This document shows positions 46,728 to 61,300 of a stretch of DNA of 64,000 nt, in pieces; within the stretch, counting starts at the first letter, position 1, and every line of letters begins with the position of its first letter. Source of the stretch: Raillietiella orientalis (lineage: Eukaryota); assembly GCA_036172245.1 (NCBI GenBank), contig JAYWIR010000055.1:186001-250000 (forward strand). The letters run 5' to 3'. Under the pieces are notes generated by a model. That model was not told the DNA's origin, did not search any database, and saw nothing but the letters and a program-made list of their open reading frames with translations. A program made the position numbers and the translations under genes.

Positions 46728-49655
46728 CGGGAACCACTGCTTGTTTTTAAGACTCCTGGGTTCTTAGATCATGAAATCAATCCTTCACAGGAGCACAACA
46801 GACATTCACCAGCCGGCATGAAGCCCTCCTCACAGGGTTGCGTCTCCTCCATGCCGTTTTTCGCCACAAACCATTTAGTAATTTCGTAACCTCGAGATTG
46901 CTAAGATCTTTCTGCTGAGCTCAGTACTTTATGAATTAAAGTTCTCCTTATTCGATTCACATAATCGCTCTTGTTTCTCAATACCGTCTCTCAAAGCTGC
47001 AGCACTGAATGCTTGCGGGCATCATATAGGTAAGCATTGGGTGCAGAAGCATTCAAATTAAAAGGATAGGAAGCTAAACAGCGTATGCTTTCGTCATTCA
47101 ACAAGAGTTTTTATGGACACTAGAAAATATGAGGAATACCTAATAATGACTGCAAAAATAATGATGGATAATTGCTGTTGTTTTTTTCTAAAATTCACCA
47201 TATTAAAATGTTTAAAACCAATTTAAATGTTTATGTCATTTAAATGTTTAAAACCAAGGATGTACGCCTTTTAAAATGAAATTTAGCTATATCCATGGCT
47301 TGACAAATGTGAAAATTTTTATTTCATTTGGTGATATTTTTTTATTTTAATCCGGTGAGTACTTTTTATTTCGGTGATATTTCTTTGAAGATTGCTACAC
47401 AGTGTCTAAGCTAATTAAGAAACGGTTAACTACTATATTACATCTGTTATTACTTCCTGAAGCGTAACCTCGTTTCTCCGAAGGCTAAATACATTAATCT
47501 GAAGGACAGAACACTTTCCAGCGTTAGAATAATACGACAAACTTAATTATTTCGTGTCAGCGGGGAAAAAAGAACGATTACCTACTGTTATTAATAGTGG
47601 GACTTGAGAAAACATCAACTATTCAGTAAATCAGTGACGAAGTTTGAAAAGCATGCTGTGAATAGAAAAAAACAATAGTGAAAAGGTAAAGTATAGATTT
47701 GAATGACTAATTTTTAAAATCATCAATATGGAAAAATATAGATTTAAACTCCCCTAAAAATGATTGGTTGGAAAATTCCTAGACCATCGTGGCATTGTGT
47801 AATAAGAAATGTGTACTTTAATGCTTTTCTTAAACTTAAAAGCACGAAAGTTGATAGAAGAAATGAACCATCCAGTGAATGAGACTTTCGAAATTCTAGG
47901 TTTTTAATGTTCAGATAGATCTTAACTTCTGTTTACTTCCTTACCAGATAAAATGAAAGATGGATGACTCTTCGAGATGCCTTCGACTTTTGCAACTGAA
48001 TGCGATGGGATGCTATTTTGCACTTATAGATTGGCGTGTCTCTCGTGTACTTTTTGTATGTTTGTTTGCATTGCAAAGTGCAGGTATTCAATTATTCTAT
48101 GTAAAATTCTCTTTGGATTCTGCATTAGAAAGTTACAAGAAACACTCGTTTTCAGAATGAATTCTTTAAAGAATGATCTGTACTTCATCAAATAAATTCC
48201 TGCATTTGTTCTGTATATGCATTTTCTCTAATTTACTTCCATTTATAAAATCACGAAGCACAAAGGATTATTGAAAATGGGAAATAAAAAACAAAAGTCA
48301 TTACATTATTAAAGTATTATGGTAAACAAATTTTCTATTGTCATAATCTTGGGCAAAAGTGTTTGTTTGCCTCTTGAGTTTCGAGTCAATCCCTCTCTAG
48401 AATCATTAGATTTTGGAGGGACCTTCTTGAAGATATTACCTTCCCGTAGAAATGAATAGATTCGGATCATACATTCGTTCTGGATAGAGAAAATAGAAAA
48501 GAAATTTAATTGCATGACAATGCTCTCGTGACCGTTCGTTCCGTTTAGAAAGCAGTTGTCTATAAAATTGAAAAACTTCCTGCCACCTTTATTTTGTTGT
48601 TGCTGTTTGAAATTTTTTGTGGAATTTGTCTCCCCAAAAGTAATTTTCGAATCCTTAAATCCTTGTGGCGGTTGTCCAGAAATTGTGATTCTAATCCTAT
48701 ACAGTTATTTTTCCAGTGTACCATGTTACAGACATTTTTTTTTTTTTTTGGATCTTATGATAAATAGCTTAAGCTCTTGGATTAAGAGTATGTCACAAAA
48801 AATGTTTTTGCATGGAATATTTTTTCTTTATTAAAAAGTTTTTACATTGAAAGGAACACCACCTTTCGACTATAGGAAGAATCGTATAATAAGTTGGGTA
48901 TTTCAGAAATGAAGTGTGAGGTGCTTTATGCGTTGATTACTTTTGAATAAAGATGAATCGAAACTTCTTTGGCAATATGGCTAAGTTAATTTGAAATGCC
49001 ACTTATCTGTAAGTGGATTTTATGATAACCTCGCAGAAGAATTATTATTCTGGAGCGCATTGCGTTCTGTGGAGCAAATATGAGGGACACATGAAGCGAG
49101 TTCAGCAAAGTATGTGCAATTGTTTTTATCGTTTTAAAAAGTTCAGGTGTCACGTAGTTTCGATGAAGAAACAAAGTTTCCACTTTATTTCCCCATTATC
49201 GAGCAAAATGTGTTGATACGTTGCTATTTGAAAACATAGTGCTACAAAGTATGTGCAGCTGCTGCAATAGAAGCGGATTTTGTCATACATAATTAAAAAT
49301 AAAATGTGTAGTAGTAAGTAGACGTTGACATGCAATTTTGAAAATCATAGTTTTTTGTGAGTTTTAGAGAATTTATTTTCAATTAATGAGATATGCATTT
49401 AGGAATTTTGGAATTTAGAGTGAATTTATTGGAGCCAGGGGAAAAAAAACAAAGTTTGTTTAGTTTGCCCGCAGTCTCGACAGACTTTCTCGTGTGCAAA
49501 AAGCATTAATTTTGGCATTCATCTTAGACCAGGCATGCTTCAGTTCAGTCTTTTATATTGCATTCATTCATGTGGAAGAACAAATACATGCATTCAAATT
49601 GCATTCGTTTTTTCTGCTTTCAATCCTGTTATGTTTTTCCTCTTAGGCATGCAAA

Positions 49656-51651
49656 ATGACTTCAGAATTCCATGATCCTCAACATCTTGCTAATGCTTTC
49701 AGTGTTTTGCAAGCAATGAGGCAGTAAGTGAATCCATTATATTCAACTTCACAAAACCTTTTCCAGTGATATGATATTATGTGATATTACTCTCATTGTG
49801 GATGAAACCAGAATTCCTGCCCATAAGATGGTTTTGGCTGCTTGTAGTCCATATTTCCATGCAATGTTTACCAGTTTTGAGGAAAGCAACATGCATCAGG
49901 TTATTTTACAAGAATTGCATCCTGAAGCAGTGAAACTTCTCATAGATTATTGTTACTCTGGAAGCATAAGCATTAATGAAGATAATGTGCAGGTAGAGTT
50001 GCTCCTTGTTTTCTTTTTATTCATTAACATTATGCAGACAGTGCTACCTGCAGCCAATTTGCTTCAGTTGGAACCAGTGCAAATAGCTTGCTGCAATTTT
50101 TTAGAATCCCAGTTACATCCATCAAATTGCCTGGGTATTCGATCATTTGCTGATTTGCATGGTTGCATAGGCCTTCTCGGAAAGGCACAACAATTTGTAG
50201 AACAGCAATTTAGGTAGCAATAAATATTATTATTTAATGAATAAGTTATGTAGTGAGGTTGTGAATGAAGAGGAATTTCTGCAGCTTTCATGGAAGTATT
50301 TGTGTCAGTTGATATCCAGTGATACATTAGTCGTTTCATCAGAAGAGAAGGTAACATGGAAACTGAGGTCTGTTGCAACTTGCATTCCAGGTTCTAGAAT
50401 GTGTTTTATCATGGATACACTTTGAACCAGATGAGCGAAAGAAATACCTCGGTTCTTTATTGCAACATGTTAAACTACCACTGTTACCTCGAGATTGTTT
50501 GCTTGAACTTGTGGAGAATGAAATACTGACCACAGCAGATGCAACATGTAAGTGCCATTTAATTTGTTATCCCTTATTATGCAGGATGCAGGCAAAGATC
50601 TTATAATTGAAGCTCTTCATTATCATCTATTGAGGGGTGAACAGAGGTCATTGGTTCAGTCTCCACGCACCAAACCTCGTCAGCCATTTAGCCCTCCACA
50701 AGTCCTTCTAGTAGTTGGTGGACAGGCTCCTAAGGCCATCCGTAGTGTGGAGTGCTATGATGTTGCAGAGGAACGCTGGTATCAAGTTGCTGATATGGCA
50801 GAACGCAAATGCAGGTTTTTAAGCTTATTGTTTTTTCTCCTGCATTTCTTGAATCAGAGCTGGACTAGTGGTATTGGCCAACAAAGTTTATGCTGTAGGA
50901 GGTTTCAATGGGTCAATGCGTGTGAAAACAGTAGAGATGTATGATCCCCAACAAGATATATGGACACCAATGCCAGAGATGCGTGCTCGTCGTTCAACTT
51001 TGGGTGTGGCTGTGCTGGAAGGCATGATATATGCTGTTGGTGGCTTTGATGGTTCCTCTGGCTTGAATACTGCTGAATGTTTTGATGTACAGTCTCAGCA
51101 GTGGCATTCCTTAGCATCAATGTCTACAAGGAGAAGCTCAGTAGGTGTAGGAGTAGTTAATGGTCTTTTATATGCAGTAAGTGGTTTGTATGTGTTGATG
51201 GATCATTCGTTATTTTTTTCAGGTTGGAGGCTATGATGGCTTATCACGTTTATGTTTGAATACTGTAGAGTGTTATGATCCTGTGCTAAACCTATGGCAT
51301 TCTGTTGCCAGTATGTCTGCTAGACGCAGTGGTGCTGCAGTAGGGGTGTTAGATGGCATCTTGTATGCAGTTGGTGGTCATGATGGACCTCTTGTTCGTC
51401 GTAGTGTAGAAGCTTATGATCCCAGAATGGACAGATGGTCAACTGTGGGTGAAATGGTTTTATGCAGACGCAATGCTGGAATTGCTGCTGTGGATGGTGC
51501 TTTATATGTGGTTGGTGGTGATGATGGCACTGCTCACTTGGCATCACTGGAGAAATTCAGTGACAGAACAAACAGCTGGGCATTACTGTCATCCAACATG
51601 GCTATCGGACGTAGTTATGCTGGCATTGCTGCCCTTGCACGAAATTCCTAA
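49656..51651 (+). CDS. kel: BTB-BACK-Kelch protein, ring canal kelch / KLHL2-3-like (upstream exons possible)
   Basis: BTB LCDITL...AHKMVLAACSPYFHAMFT, LHPSNCLGIRSFADLH, LLVVGGQAPKAIRSVECYD, and kelch repeats with YAVGG motifs. Introns of 40-45 nt. Confidence 0.93.
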
Positions 51652-51672
51652 GACATGCATTCCAGAATATTT

Positions 51673-53190
51673 TTACTCACTGGCTTCCTGTGTCCAGTTG
51701 TGCATTTTTGTTGTGATAGCAACATGACGAACACCACCAAAAAAATCTAGTACCAGTACATTTGCTGGATCACGCAAAAAGAGATCTGTACGGATACCAA
51801 CAGTAGACAAACAAAGATGTTTAGGACACACTGTAAACTAAAACTCTGCTTCAAAACAGACACTGTGCTGTATCCCACTTACAAATTGTGCCATTGTGTG
51901 CTTGCTTTCCACTGTTACTTGTTCTAGGAACTCCAAAGCATAATATGTGTAACGATCAATGACAAAAACACCAATTTTACTGTCTTTATGGTGCTGTTAC
52001 AAAATTTATGACTTGTGTGAGGTGCGCCCTACTTACTGATAGTGAATCTTCTCCTACTTGACTGCTAGCTACTGCTAAAATGTTAGGAGAATAAAACTTT
52101 TCGTACATGGAAGCTGCCTGGCAACTATCAATTATAAAAAGTAGCTCATTGTATCTGAAAATGAACCAAGAATGCAGAAAAATGCTGAGTGTCTATACCT
52201 TCCTTTTTGCCACATTTGTTCAAAAGCATCAGCTAATTCAACATTTGTGATTTCTTCTGAATCCTAATAAATTTAAAGTGGAAACAAGATCATAATTGAA
52301 ATCATTATCACCTGGAACTTGAGAAAACTTTCTCCCCCATGTCCAGTCATATAAATTAAAATATTACTGTGCTCATCAGTCAAGAGACGCTTTGAACGTG
52401 GTACACTATGTGATAAACGACCAGTGAGAAGCCTTACAAAGTTTTCTACAGTGACCTAGTGAGACAAATGTATTTAATTGAATGCAGATGAGCTTCCTTA
52501 AAAACAAGTTGCATTCCCATTATTTAAGATATTTTTTCTCAGTTTCAAGTTTTTCAATTAACATTTCTAGTGGTAATTCATAATCAGTTCACGTCTAACA
52601 CAAAGTGCAAACCTCATATCCACGGTAATCAACTTCCACATCATCACCATACACATTGATGTGCTTCAAAGCATTGTTATATACTGTTCCAGGGTGAGGA
52701 TTTCGTGGGTTGCAGGCAACATCATCTGCTATCATCAAAATGATCTGACTGCAAGCCAATAATACAATGAAGCAACACTAATGACTACCTATCTGGAATA
52801 CCAAGGCGTTTTACACTATGATAGATTGACAAAACATTTGCCACATGGCGATAGTTGAACCAAAATCGAGAAGTATCCACAAGGACAGCCCAATTGTTTG
52901 TATGTTTCAATGAATCGACCTTGGAAACACGTCAATGGTAGGTATTCCACAAAATTATGATTGTTTACATATTTTTTCTCAAGGGAGCGTTCAAGTGGAA
53001 TTTTTAATGCAGAATTGACAGTGACATACTCCAAATTGACTGTACCCAGAATTCACTTTTATTGATTATTTTTCATGCCTCAAAGCAACATGCGCAATAA
53101 AAGAATTAAATCCCAAAACCACAAACCTTATAAACACCCGAAAAGACAGTGAAAACCGACTTACTGATGGAATAATCAGATCTCTCATTA
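51673..53190 (-). CDS. PIGK: GPI-anchor transamidase catalytic subunit (peptidase C13, GPI8); 5' end approximate
   Basis: [48 protein letters not shown], catalytic YMTGHGG and IDSCQA, ending TDLF...DFFGGVRHV...QEASE*. Confidence 0.94.
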
Positions 53191-55467
53191 GATAAAATCT
53201 GAAAAGGTTCAACACAAGATTCATTTTCTAATGCTTACGAGATACTGGAACTCTAACGTTTACAAGACTACGACACTCAATATTCAGTATTAAATGTTTT
53301 CACGAAACAGAAATCCATGAATATCGGCTTAACTCAGTTCTTATTGGGGGAATGCATTCTTATCTGGGCAAAAATATCCAATTTGACATCGGATAAATAC
53401 TGGAAATACTGCATATTCCTTGCTGCCATTCTTTTAAATCCACTTCTACTTTTACTCTCTTTGGAATTATTACAAGCGCATAAAAAAGCATTTTTGGATA
53501 TAACGACACAAATAAACTATTTTAAATTCACGACTTCATCCTCTGCAATAATATCAAAAGACATCTGTTCCTTCAGGTTTCAGATTAGTGCCTGTCCACC
53601 AGACTCCTGCCAAAACGTTTTCAGCACTGCCAATTTCAACAACCCGGAATCTTGAATTCCTCGAAAACAAAATCAGCATAGGTAAAATAAGATCCGAATC
53701 ACTGCTTCCGGCAAAGTAAGAATGTCTAATATTAACGAAAAGTTTCTTTGAAATGCTGATTTTCAATCAATTACATGAAACAATAATCATTTACATGTAA
53801 TAGCATTGAAAAAAAAAAGCAATATAAAACAAAATCAATGATCAAAACAAATCAAAAAAAATCATTTCAAGTTTTCAGCAACTTAATTCCATACTTTCCA
53901 TCGTTATTTAAAAATCACGAGATATGGGTGACTCTAATGAGCATCTAATTTTCATCGTCATCGTCAAATGATATATAGAAGGTCAAATGCTAAACGTACA
54001 CAGAATAGTAGAAGTATGTCATACCCTAAAAAAAACTTTGCCACTAGTATTTGCAAGAGGATCATAAACTTATGATACCTTACGCTGATTGTTCCAGGTT
54101 ATTTAATCCATTTCTTTATTGCAAATTACATGAAGCAAATAAGAGTAGCATGAGAAATTGCATGATTCTTCCTCCTTCTTATTAATTCTTTCTTATTTGC
54201 TCACAATATTTAGTATGAATTTTTTTCATTTTTTTTACGGAATTTTGATAGATTAAAAAGGGAAATACATTCTACTTTTTCATACCTGGAAATGCAATCA
54301 AAATACAATTAATGTTGAGTTTCTAAGAAACTATGTAACACTGAATCCTCATAGCATGGCATAACAAATGGCCAGTTCTCGTTGTCTTTCGATACTTTGA
54401 AATGATCTTTTAAGAGAGGAAACCCTTTGAATTATAATGTAAATACAGCTTTCTTCCTATGCTGGACAGTTTTCACTTTGGATTTTTTTCATTAAGATAA
54501 CATTAACGAGTCTTCCTCAGGGTTCCGCTGATTGGACTATATTTATCTTTTCTTTTCGACTCTGGATGATCAAAATATTAATTTACTCAGAATACAGTAT
54601 CGGGTGATATTTTTTTCTTCATGATTTAGCTAATAGACTTCAAAAATTTCTTGCAGATAAATGCATCCCGAACACATTAAGAAATGAAACATGAAACTAC
54701 AGATTTTTCGCGAATAAGAAGAAGAATGTAGGACTGGAATTATCAGAAGATACTGATATTTAGATTATTTGCTTGTGATTATTAACATCAATAATATCTT
54801 TTACCAAATAATCCTTACCAGATCAATACAAATGAATGTTGTCTCAAGGTAAACGAATGCACACTTCTTTCTAATCTTTCTTTATTACTTTGAGAGTTCA
54901 CAAAAATCCTGATGCAATATTTCGGAATTTTTGCATTAAAGTTAATAAATTTCAAAAATACTGAATGTATTAGGATCTTAGGAACCGCGGTTTTTGAAAC
55001 TTTAAAGTGCATATTGATATTCCTTGAAATTGGTTCCACAAGAGAATCTGTCTTTAGAGCTATTTGTTCGCCTCCCTGGGTGATGGTAGTGGTGCAAATC
55101 ATAAGTTTTCAGACACTGTAGAATAATGAATATTATCATAACATTTATTCTTGAACTGTATAGGATATCTGTTCATGTGAGTATTTGTGAATTTTCCCCA
55201 TCATTTTGGTGCCAATTTAAGTTCGTATATTGCATTATACAAATTCAATTGGATGCTTGTTTTGACTCAAAAATTGAAAAGTTTTTTAAATTGGAAGTTT
55301 TTTGTGCGTAGTTTCTCTCGATTCCGTTGACTAAAACTATTTTATGTCGATGCACGTTAATTATGTTAAGACTTTTCTATATAATTACCATTTGTTTTTA
55401 TATTATCGATTGGCTCTTAAGAATTTAACCTCTTAGATGGCTCAGTTACTGTACTTCCCAATGGTCA

Positions 55468-55775
55468 ACGGGGTTCCCCTTCGGAGACAACCAGGCTGGA
55501 GGTGCGATCTTCCTCCCTCTTTCCGGGGGCGATTTCTCCCCAGGCGTGAGAGGAATGGACTCTTGAGCCCCTTCCTGAATTCTTAGGGCGAACCTCTCCC
55601 GGGGGACACCCTACCTTGAAGAATTACACGCACCCTCCGCGGGTGGCATGAAATCGTGTTAAAGAGTCGTGAGGTCGTCTAACCGTGAGTCGCAAGGCAC
55701 GCGACGGCTCTTAGCAACAAAAAAAAAGAAAACCCAGAAGAAGAAAAAAAAAAAAGCTGGAAGGAAAAAACAGCG
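55468..55775 (+). mobile_element. SINE-like structured repeat, copy C (5'-truncated, 3' part with A-rich tail)
   Basis: GC-rich island in AT-rich DNA. ggggttccccttcggagacaaccagg...gcgtgagaggaa...gaagaattacacgc matches 10464-10650. Terminal stem aagagtcgt...acggctctt, then A-runs. Confidence 0.8.
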
Positions 55776-58391
55776 AAGACGGAAGAAAAAGAAGAACTCA
55801 AAGGATTTCCATCATCAAATGTACATCTAAATGTACAATCGGAGCATTCGTATCATTTATGACATAACTTTCAGCTACAGCTGTTCCTTCAGGAAACTGT
55901 AATTGTGACTTAAAACTTTTCATTTCGCAAACTACAAACCCGAAATTCTTCATAATGGAAATGTACGTCGATTAGTCCACACGCTTACATTTTATGGTTA
56001 ACACATCACATGAATGAGCTGCCTTTTAGTTAACAGCTCTGTTGATAGTAGACGGAAGTACGAACTGTTGCTTGTATGAAGCTTTTGTTTTTCAAATAGC
56101 GTTTTTTCTCTATTTTCTGTTTTCTCGCCTAATTTTTGTGCAGTAGTTTAAATTACCATCGCGGTGTTTATGAGAAAACAAATGCTGATGAATGAAGATG
56201 CACATTGTTCTTTTATCTCTAATAAGTGCACTTATTTGATTATAATAGTAGCTTTAATGTGTTCCGTGTCAGAAAAATGTGCCGCCTCATCCTTGAATAT
56301 CAAAATTCATTCAAATTGAAAATTGAATTGCAGTTCAGTAACATAGTAAAAGCTTATATACATTTCACCATGTGCAGAATTTTTAGCTCTTGCACTAGAT
56401 TAGTACTGTGTGAAACTTGTGTGAAAATTCATTAAGCATGGTCAAAGGCTGCATTCTGCATAGATTGCATATCCTTTTGCTCTTGTTTGACTTGTTGCTA
56501 ATTGCATGCATCTCTGTTGCCAATCGCTAGCTTTCTCTTTTTCAGGAATCTGACGTCCGTTCCAAGATTAAAATGAACGGTCGCTTTATAAAGCACTGCA
56601 CAGATTCTTTCTGTATCTGGAGATGTGGTATCAATCCGAGTGATATTAACTGAGGCTGACATATTCTATTTTTTTTTGATTTAACGATCATGATTTAATG
56701 TTAAAAACATATTTGCTTTTAATTAAAGCAATCATTGTTTTTCTTCCGTGTGATCGTCTCTTTCTTGTGTACTGCCTCGCCATCATGGTGAGCCAGAATC
56801 ACGACTCTCAAGAGAAACCGTGCTGACCAGCAATTTGACATGGACTTATTAGAGGATTGCCTGTTGCCATTGTTTGCAGAGAAAAATTCCTTGAAAATGA
56901 AAAGCAATAATTTAGGAATGTGAATGTGCCAGGAGAAATCAATCACTAAATTTATGTCTTGAGAACCCTTAATCTGTTAGTAAGCTGTCTTTAGGGTTTG
57001 TTTCCTTAGTCGGAAAACCCTCTTGAATAACATTGGATCTATCTGCCATTTTTGCAGGATGATTGGAAAACAGAGAACCTGTCAATGTATTTGCTGTGAA
57101 ATTTTTACCAGAATTCATAGCAGGATTACTTTCCATACCTTTTCCTACGTTTGCATTAGAATCTGGATGTTCGTTTGATGTCCCCTTGAATTCTATTAAT
57201 TATACGTTTTAAATCACAAAATGGTATATTTCAAACACCTATGTTTGTTGAAATGCGCTTAGTTTTTATTCTCTTATCACAACTAACTTCAGCTTACACA
57301 AATGGCAACTCAGTCACTCTCATTACGACAAATCGGAATCAGTATTTCTTTTAGTATGCATGTTTAGTATTCACGCATGCATGTTCATGATCTCTTTTCA
57401 TAAAAAAACCGTTTTGGTGCTGAATGCAGAATCAAAAGCTTTTTCTTCCAAAAGGTTTGCTACTCAAACAAAATTTTGGCTTGTTAACTGTGCTGCTAAC
57501 TGTACGAAAGAAGAATTGGTACTCGCATTCAGCTCTGCTTCAGATAAACCATACACAAAAACAATAGGTTATCAGATTAGATTACAAGCAAGATCAGATT
57601 ACACTCAAGATTGAGTTCAATCAAATTTCATATCAGTTACCTTTATCAGATCTAAGCGTCAGCATCTCAGCATCCAACATCGTCCAGGAATGGGCATCTG
57701 CTAGAAATACTTGTACAAGTAAGTGATGAAGGTTGTGTCGACTCACCACGTGAAGAGTGAAAGTTAACTATAAAGACACCAAATACTTTTCTTGGAAAAA
57801 CAGATCAGGTTTTTGACGTTTATCTTCATATGAATCACCTTTGGAATCGAAATTGTAGTAAGTGAGAATGTAGGGGAGAAGATGAGAGGTCATTCATCTC
57901 TACGTCTTACGTATTCATTTGCTCATTGAATCATAGATGATTGTTTTGTGAAATTATGGTCCAAACTATAATATGAAATTTGTGTTGTTTCTGACGTTAA
58001 TGTGCCACCACTATCCTTTGGGCCAGTGGGGGACCTGCAGTTCTTAGCGTTTTCCTTGCGTGTCCCACAAAAATTTTCTAAAATTGTAATTAACCTCCTT
58101 ACTACGAGGTTCGTTGATCTCGCCGATGTGTACCTGCTGCCCCTCTACTGGCTGGACCAGTGAAACGAAAGGTATTCATATAATGTGAAAAGTTCACTAA
58201 GAAACTGATACTCTGCTTATGTCGAATTGTGACCTAAGGCTCATTTTTTTGAGTGGTCATGCGGCACGTTGTGGGAAAGGGGTGCTCCTTGGCCTGTCTG
58301 GACCTTATCAATGAATTCAGAGAAGCAAAAGCAATTCCTATCTTCACTTTTAATGCATCTTTCAGGGTGTAAGCAGTAGCCAACGATAGAA

Positions 58392-61300
58392 ATGAACTTG
58401 AGATCAGTGCCCGAGATATGCAGTTTTCTGTGTATGGGACTGATGCTGTCCTCGCTCGCTGAAGAGCTGCGCGCCTGCGATAAGGTCAGTACGACTCCAG
58501 GTGTCACGTTTTCACGGCATCGTAGGTATGCCCCGAGGCAGTTTCTGGGAAAATAAATGTTCACTTGATCTGTCATACACATGATGACCTCGGTTGGCTA
58601 AAAACCGTGGATGAGTACTATTATGGAGGTAACGAGTTTTATTTTCATTTTGGCATTTTATGTGAGTGGGCTGTAGATCGGCAAGCCAATCAAAGAGCAG
58701 GGGTGCAATATATTTTGGATTCGGTTATCACGGAGTTAACGAAAAATGCTTCCAGAAGGTAAGATATGTGTGTTCTCGTCAGGAAAAAAAAAAGAAAAAA
58801 AGGTTTTCTGAGCCCTGTTTCCAATTATTCATGGTTGGTCATTCGTATGTCCTTATCAGCTTTACCTTTTATATATCAAGTTTGATTCCTGCAGTGTGCG
58901 ACTGAGTCGCTGCGTATCTCCGTTATCGCAGGCGACAGCGCATGCGTTTCTCTGCAAGCGCGCATCCTAAATGTGTCGCGTTGCAATGTTGTTCCAAAGT
59001 TTTTCCGTTTCTTATTTAAAAAAAACAAAAAGAGAGGGAGAGAATCACGTGAACCGCAAACACACACAAAAGAGTTTCCCCCCAAAAAGAGTGAACACCC
59101 TTGAACTTGGAACAAACGTCCATTTCTGGATGGTGAGGTCTCCCCACACCCCGATTCACTTTGGATATGTCGAACAGAATGATGTAATCCAAAGTATAGT
59201 TTCCTTGATTTTTCTACCGATAGTCGAATATTATTGAACAGACTGGCCAATCAAACATTGAACAATGTTAAATTTTTCTCATGTCATGAGAAATTTCGTA
59301 TTACAGCCCTCAAAGATTGTTGCTCGCTCCATGGCTCTCCAAGAAGTTTGTCTTCTTGGGCATTTCCAAAATTGGGAATTAGAGAAGAGCTAAACGCTAT
59401 AGTGTTAATTGTTTGGTGCACTACACACAAAAAAAGAGAATATCTGATAAGCATAAGAATGTCAGAAGAAGAATGAGTGTAAGTGAATAGAGTGAGACAG
59501 GTTCCCCATTGAAACCAAGTATTTGTACTTACTGTGAAGACTAGAATAAGATAGGTTACAAGCAACTAACGAAAATAAATTGTAGATGTAATAAACGAGC
59601 ATGTCAGTTTATAACTGGTATCTCGAACTTTTTGAAACGACTATGGCACAAAATTTTCGGTTTTTAGTTCTTATTCTTTTACCACTGTCAACTGCATATT
59701 TATCCCAGAATGTCATTAATGCCCCGAAATTAAGTCTGAGCATGGAAATAGTGCGGAAACCTGCGTGCAGCTTTTATGTAATCATTCAAGGTTTTGTTTA
59801 TTCCAAGTTCTTAAATACGGTTTCTGTTTTGAAGCAGCCGTAAACTTGCTTGTGAAATCTTAATTTTATTGAAGTCCATGCATTTAATTAATATCAGTTT
59901 TTTAAAAAGTACTTTCAAACATTAATGTTTAACCTGATGATTAAATTTCATCAATGATTATTCTGATGTGATATTCTGTGAGCAATTGTGTGTAAGGGTT
60001 TATAGACTAATTTTTTGTTCATTTGGTTCTTGTCTTGAAATATAGTTGGTTTTTTGTGTGTGTTTTATTGAATAAAGCAATTTTTTGTTGATTGAACTAT
60101 AGTACTTATTCCATTTTGAAAGAAAGTTTCCTACCATAAGTGAATGTTTTCCTATCTGCAGTCAAGAAATGTCTAATAGGATTCATGGTTTCAAGAGTGG
60201 TACTTTCTGTTTTCTTTATTGCTGTTATCAGAGATGATTTTTATAGTGAGACCAATATTGCTGCCTTGTTTGATTTACAGTGCATTGTGTGTAGGCATAT
60301 AGGACACCTCAGTATTATAGATAGGTATTACCATCACATAGATGGACTTTAAGTAAGACTGGCACTGGTAAGATGCAATGTATTGAATATCTTTTGCAGA
60401 ATAATGAATTTCTTTTTTCAAGTTATGAGGTTTCTAAACAAGCTAAAGAGCTTCAGGCCCCTTCCAAAATTAAATTTTCATTTTTGGATAAATAAGTTGA
60501 AATTGTTGTGGTTGAGAATTACCAAAAAGCTTGTTTTTTTGGTTCAAGTCTCACATTTTTGTATGAACCAAATATATAATGTACACCTTTCCTTTGTTTT
60601 TCCAAAGTATTTTCTATCTAATATTTATTAGGTTTATATATGTGGAAACTGCTTTTTTTACATACTGGTGGAGACAACAGGATGAACGTACCAAGGAAAC
60701 TGTACAACAGCTTGTCAAGTCAGGCCAGCTAGAGTTTGTTGGTGGTGGCTGGAGCATGAACGATGAAGCTACAACTCATTATCAATCCATAATTGATCAG
60801 ATGTCATGGGGATTGAGGTAGAGATTTTGTTTTTTATAGGAAACGAATGAGATTCAAATACATGTAAACAGCCTTATATTTTCTCTCAGTCTCTCTCAAT
60901 TTTGGTGTATCTGTTGTTTGATCTCATTTGAATCAAAGTACTTAAATGCAAGATTTTTTGTGAATCGGAAGTGATTTGGAAAAGAATCAAAGTTTCTTGA
61001 TCTGGTAGTTATCTAGTCATATCAAGGAAATTATTATGGTTCTCAAAGAATTTTACAGTTTTCCCAGAGCTTAGATTGGTTTTTAAATAATTGTGGATCA
61101 GAGAGCAAAGTTTGATTTTACAATGCTTTTTTTAAAACTTTTGTTTACCGAAAGTTGTGCACTGATTGTTATGTAATCTTAAGAATGCTGAATCATACTT
61201 TTGGGACGTGTGGAAGACCTAAAGTTGCATGGCAAATTGACCCATTTGGCCATTCACAAGAACAAGCTTCTCTGTTTGCTTCCATGGGGTTTGATGGATT

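Noticed and set aside
51649..51730. Possible Drosophila kelch-type stop-codon readthrough into ORF2
   Set aside because: The stop is TAA rather than TGA, and PIGK occupies the downstream space.
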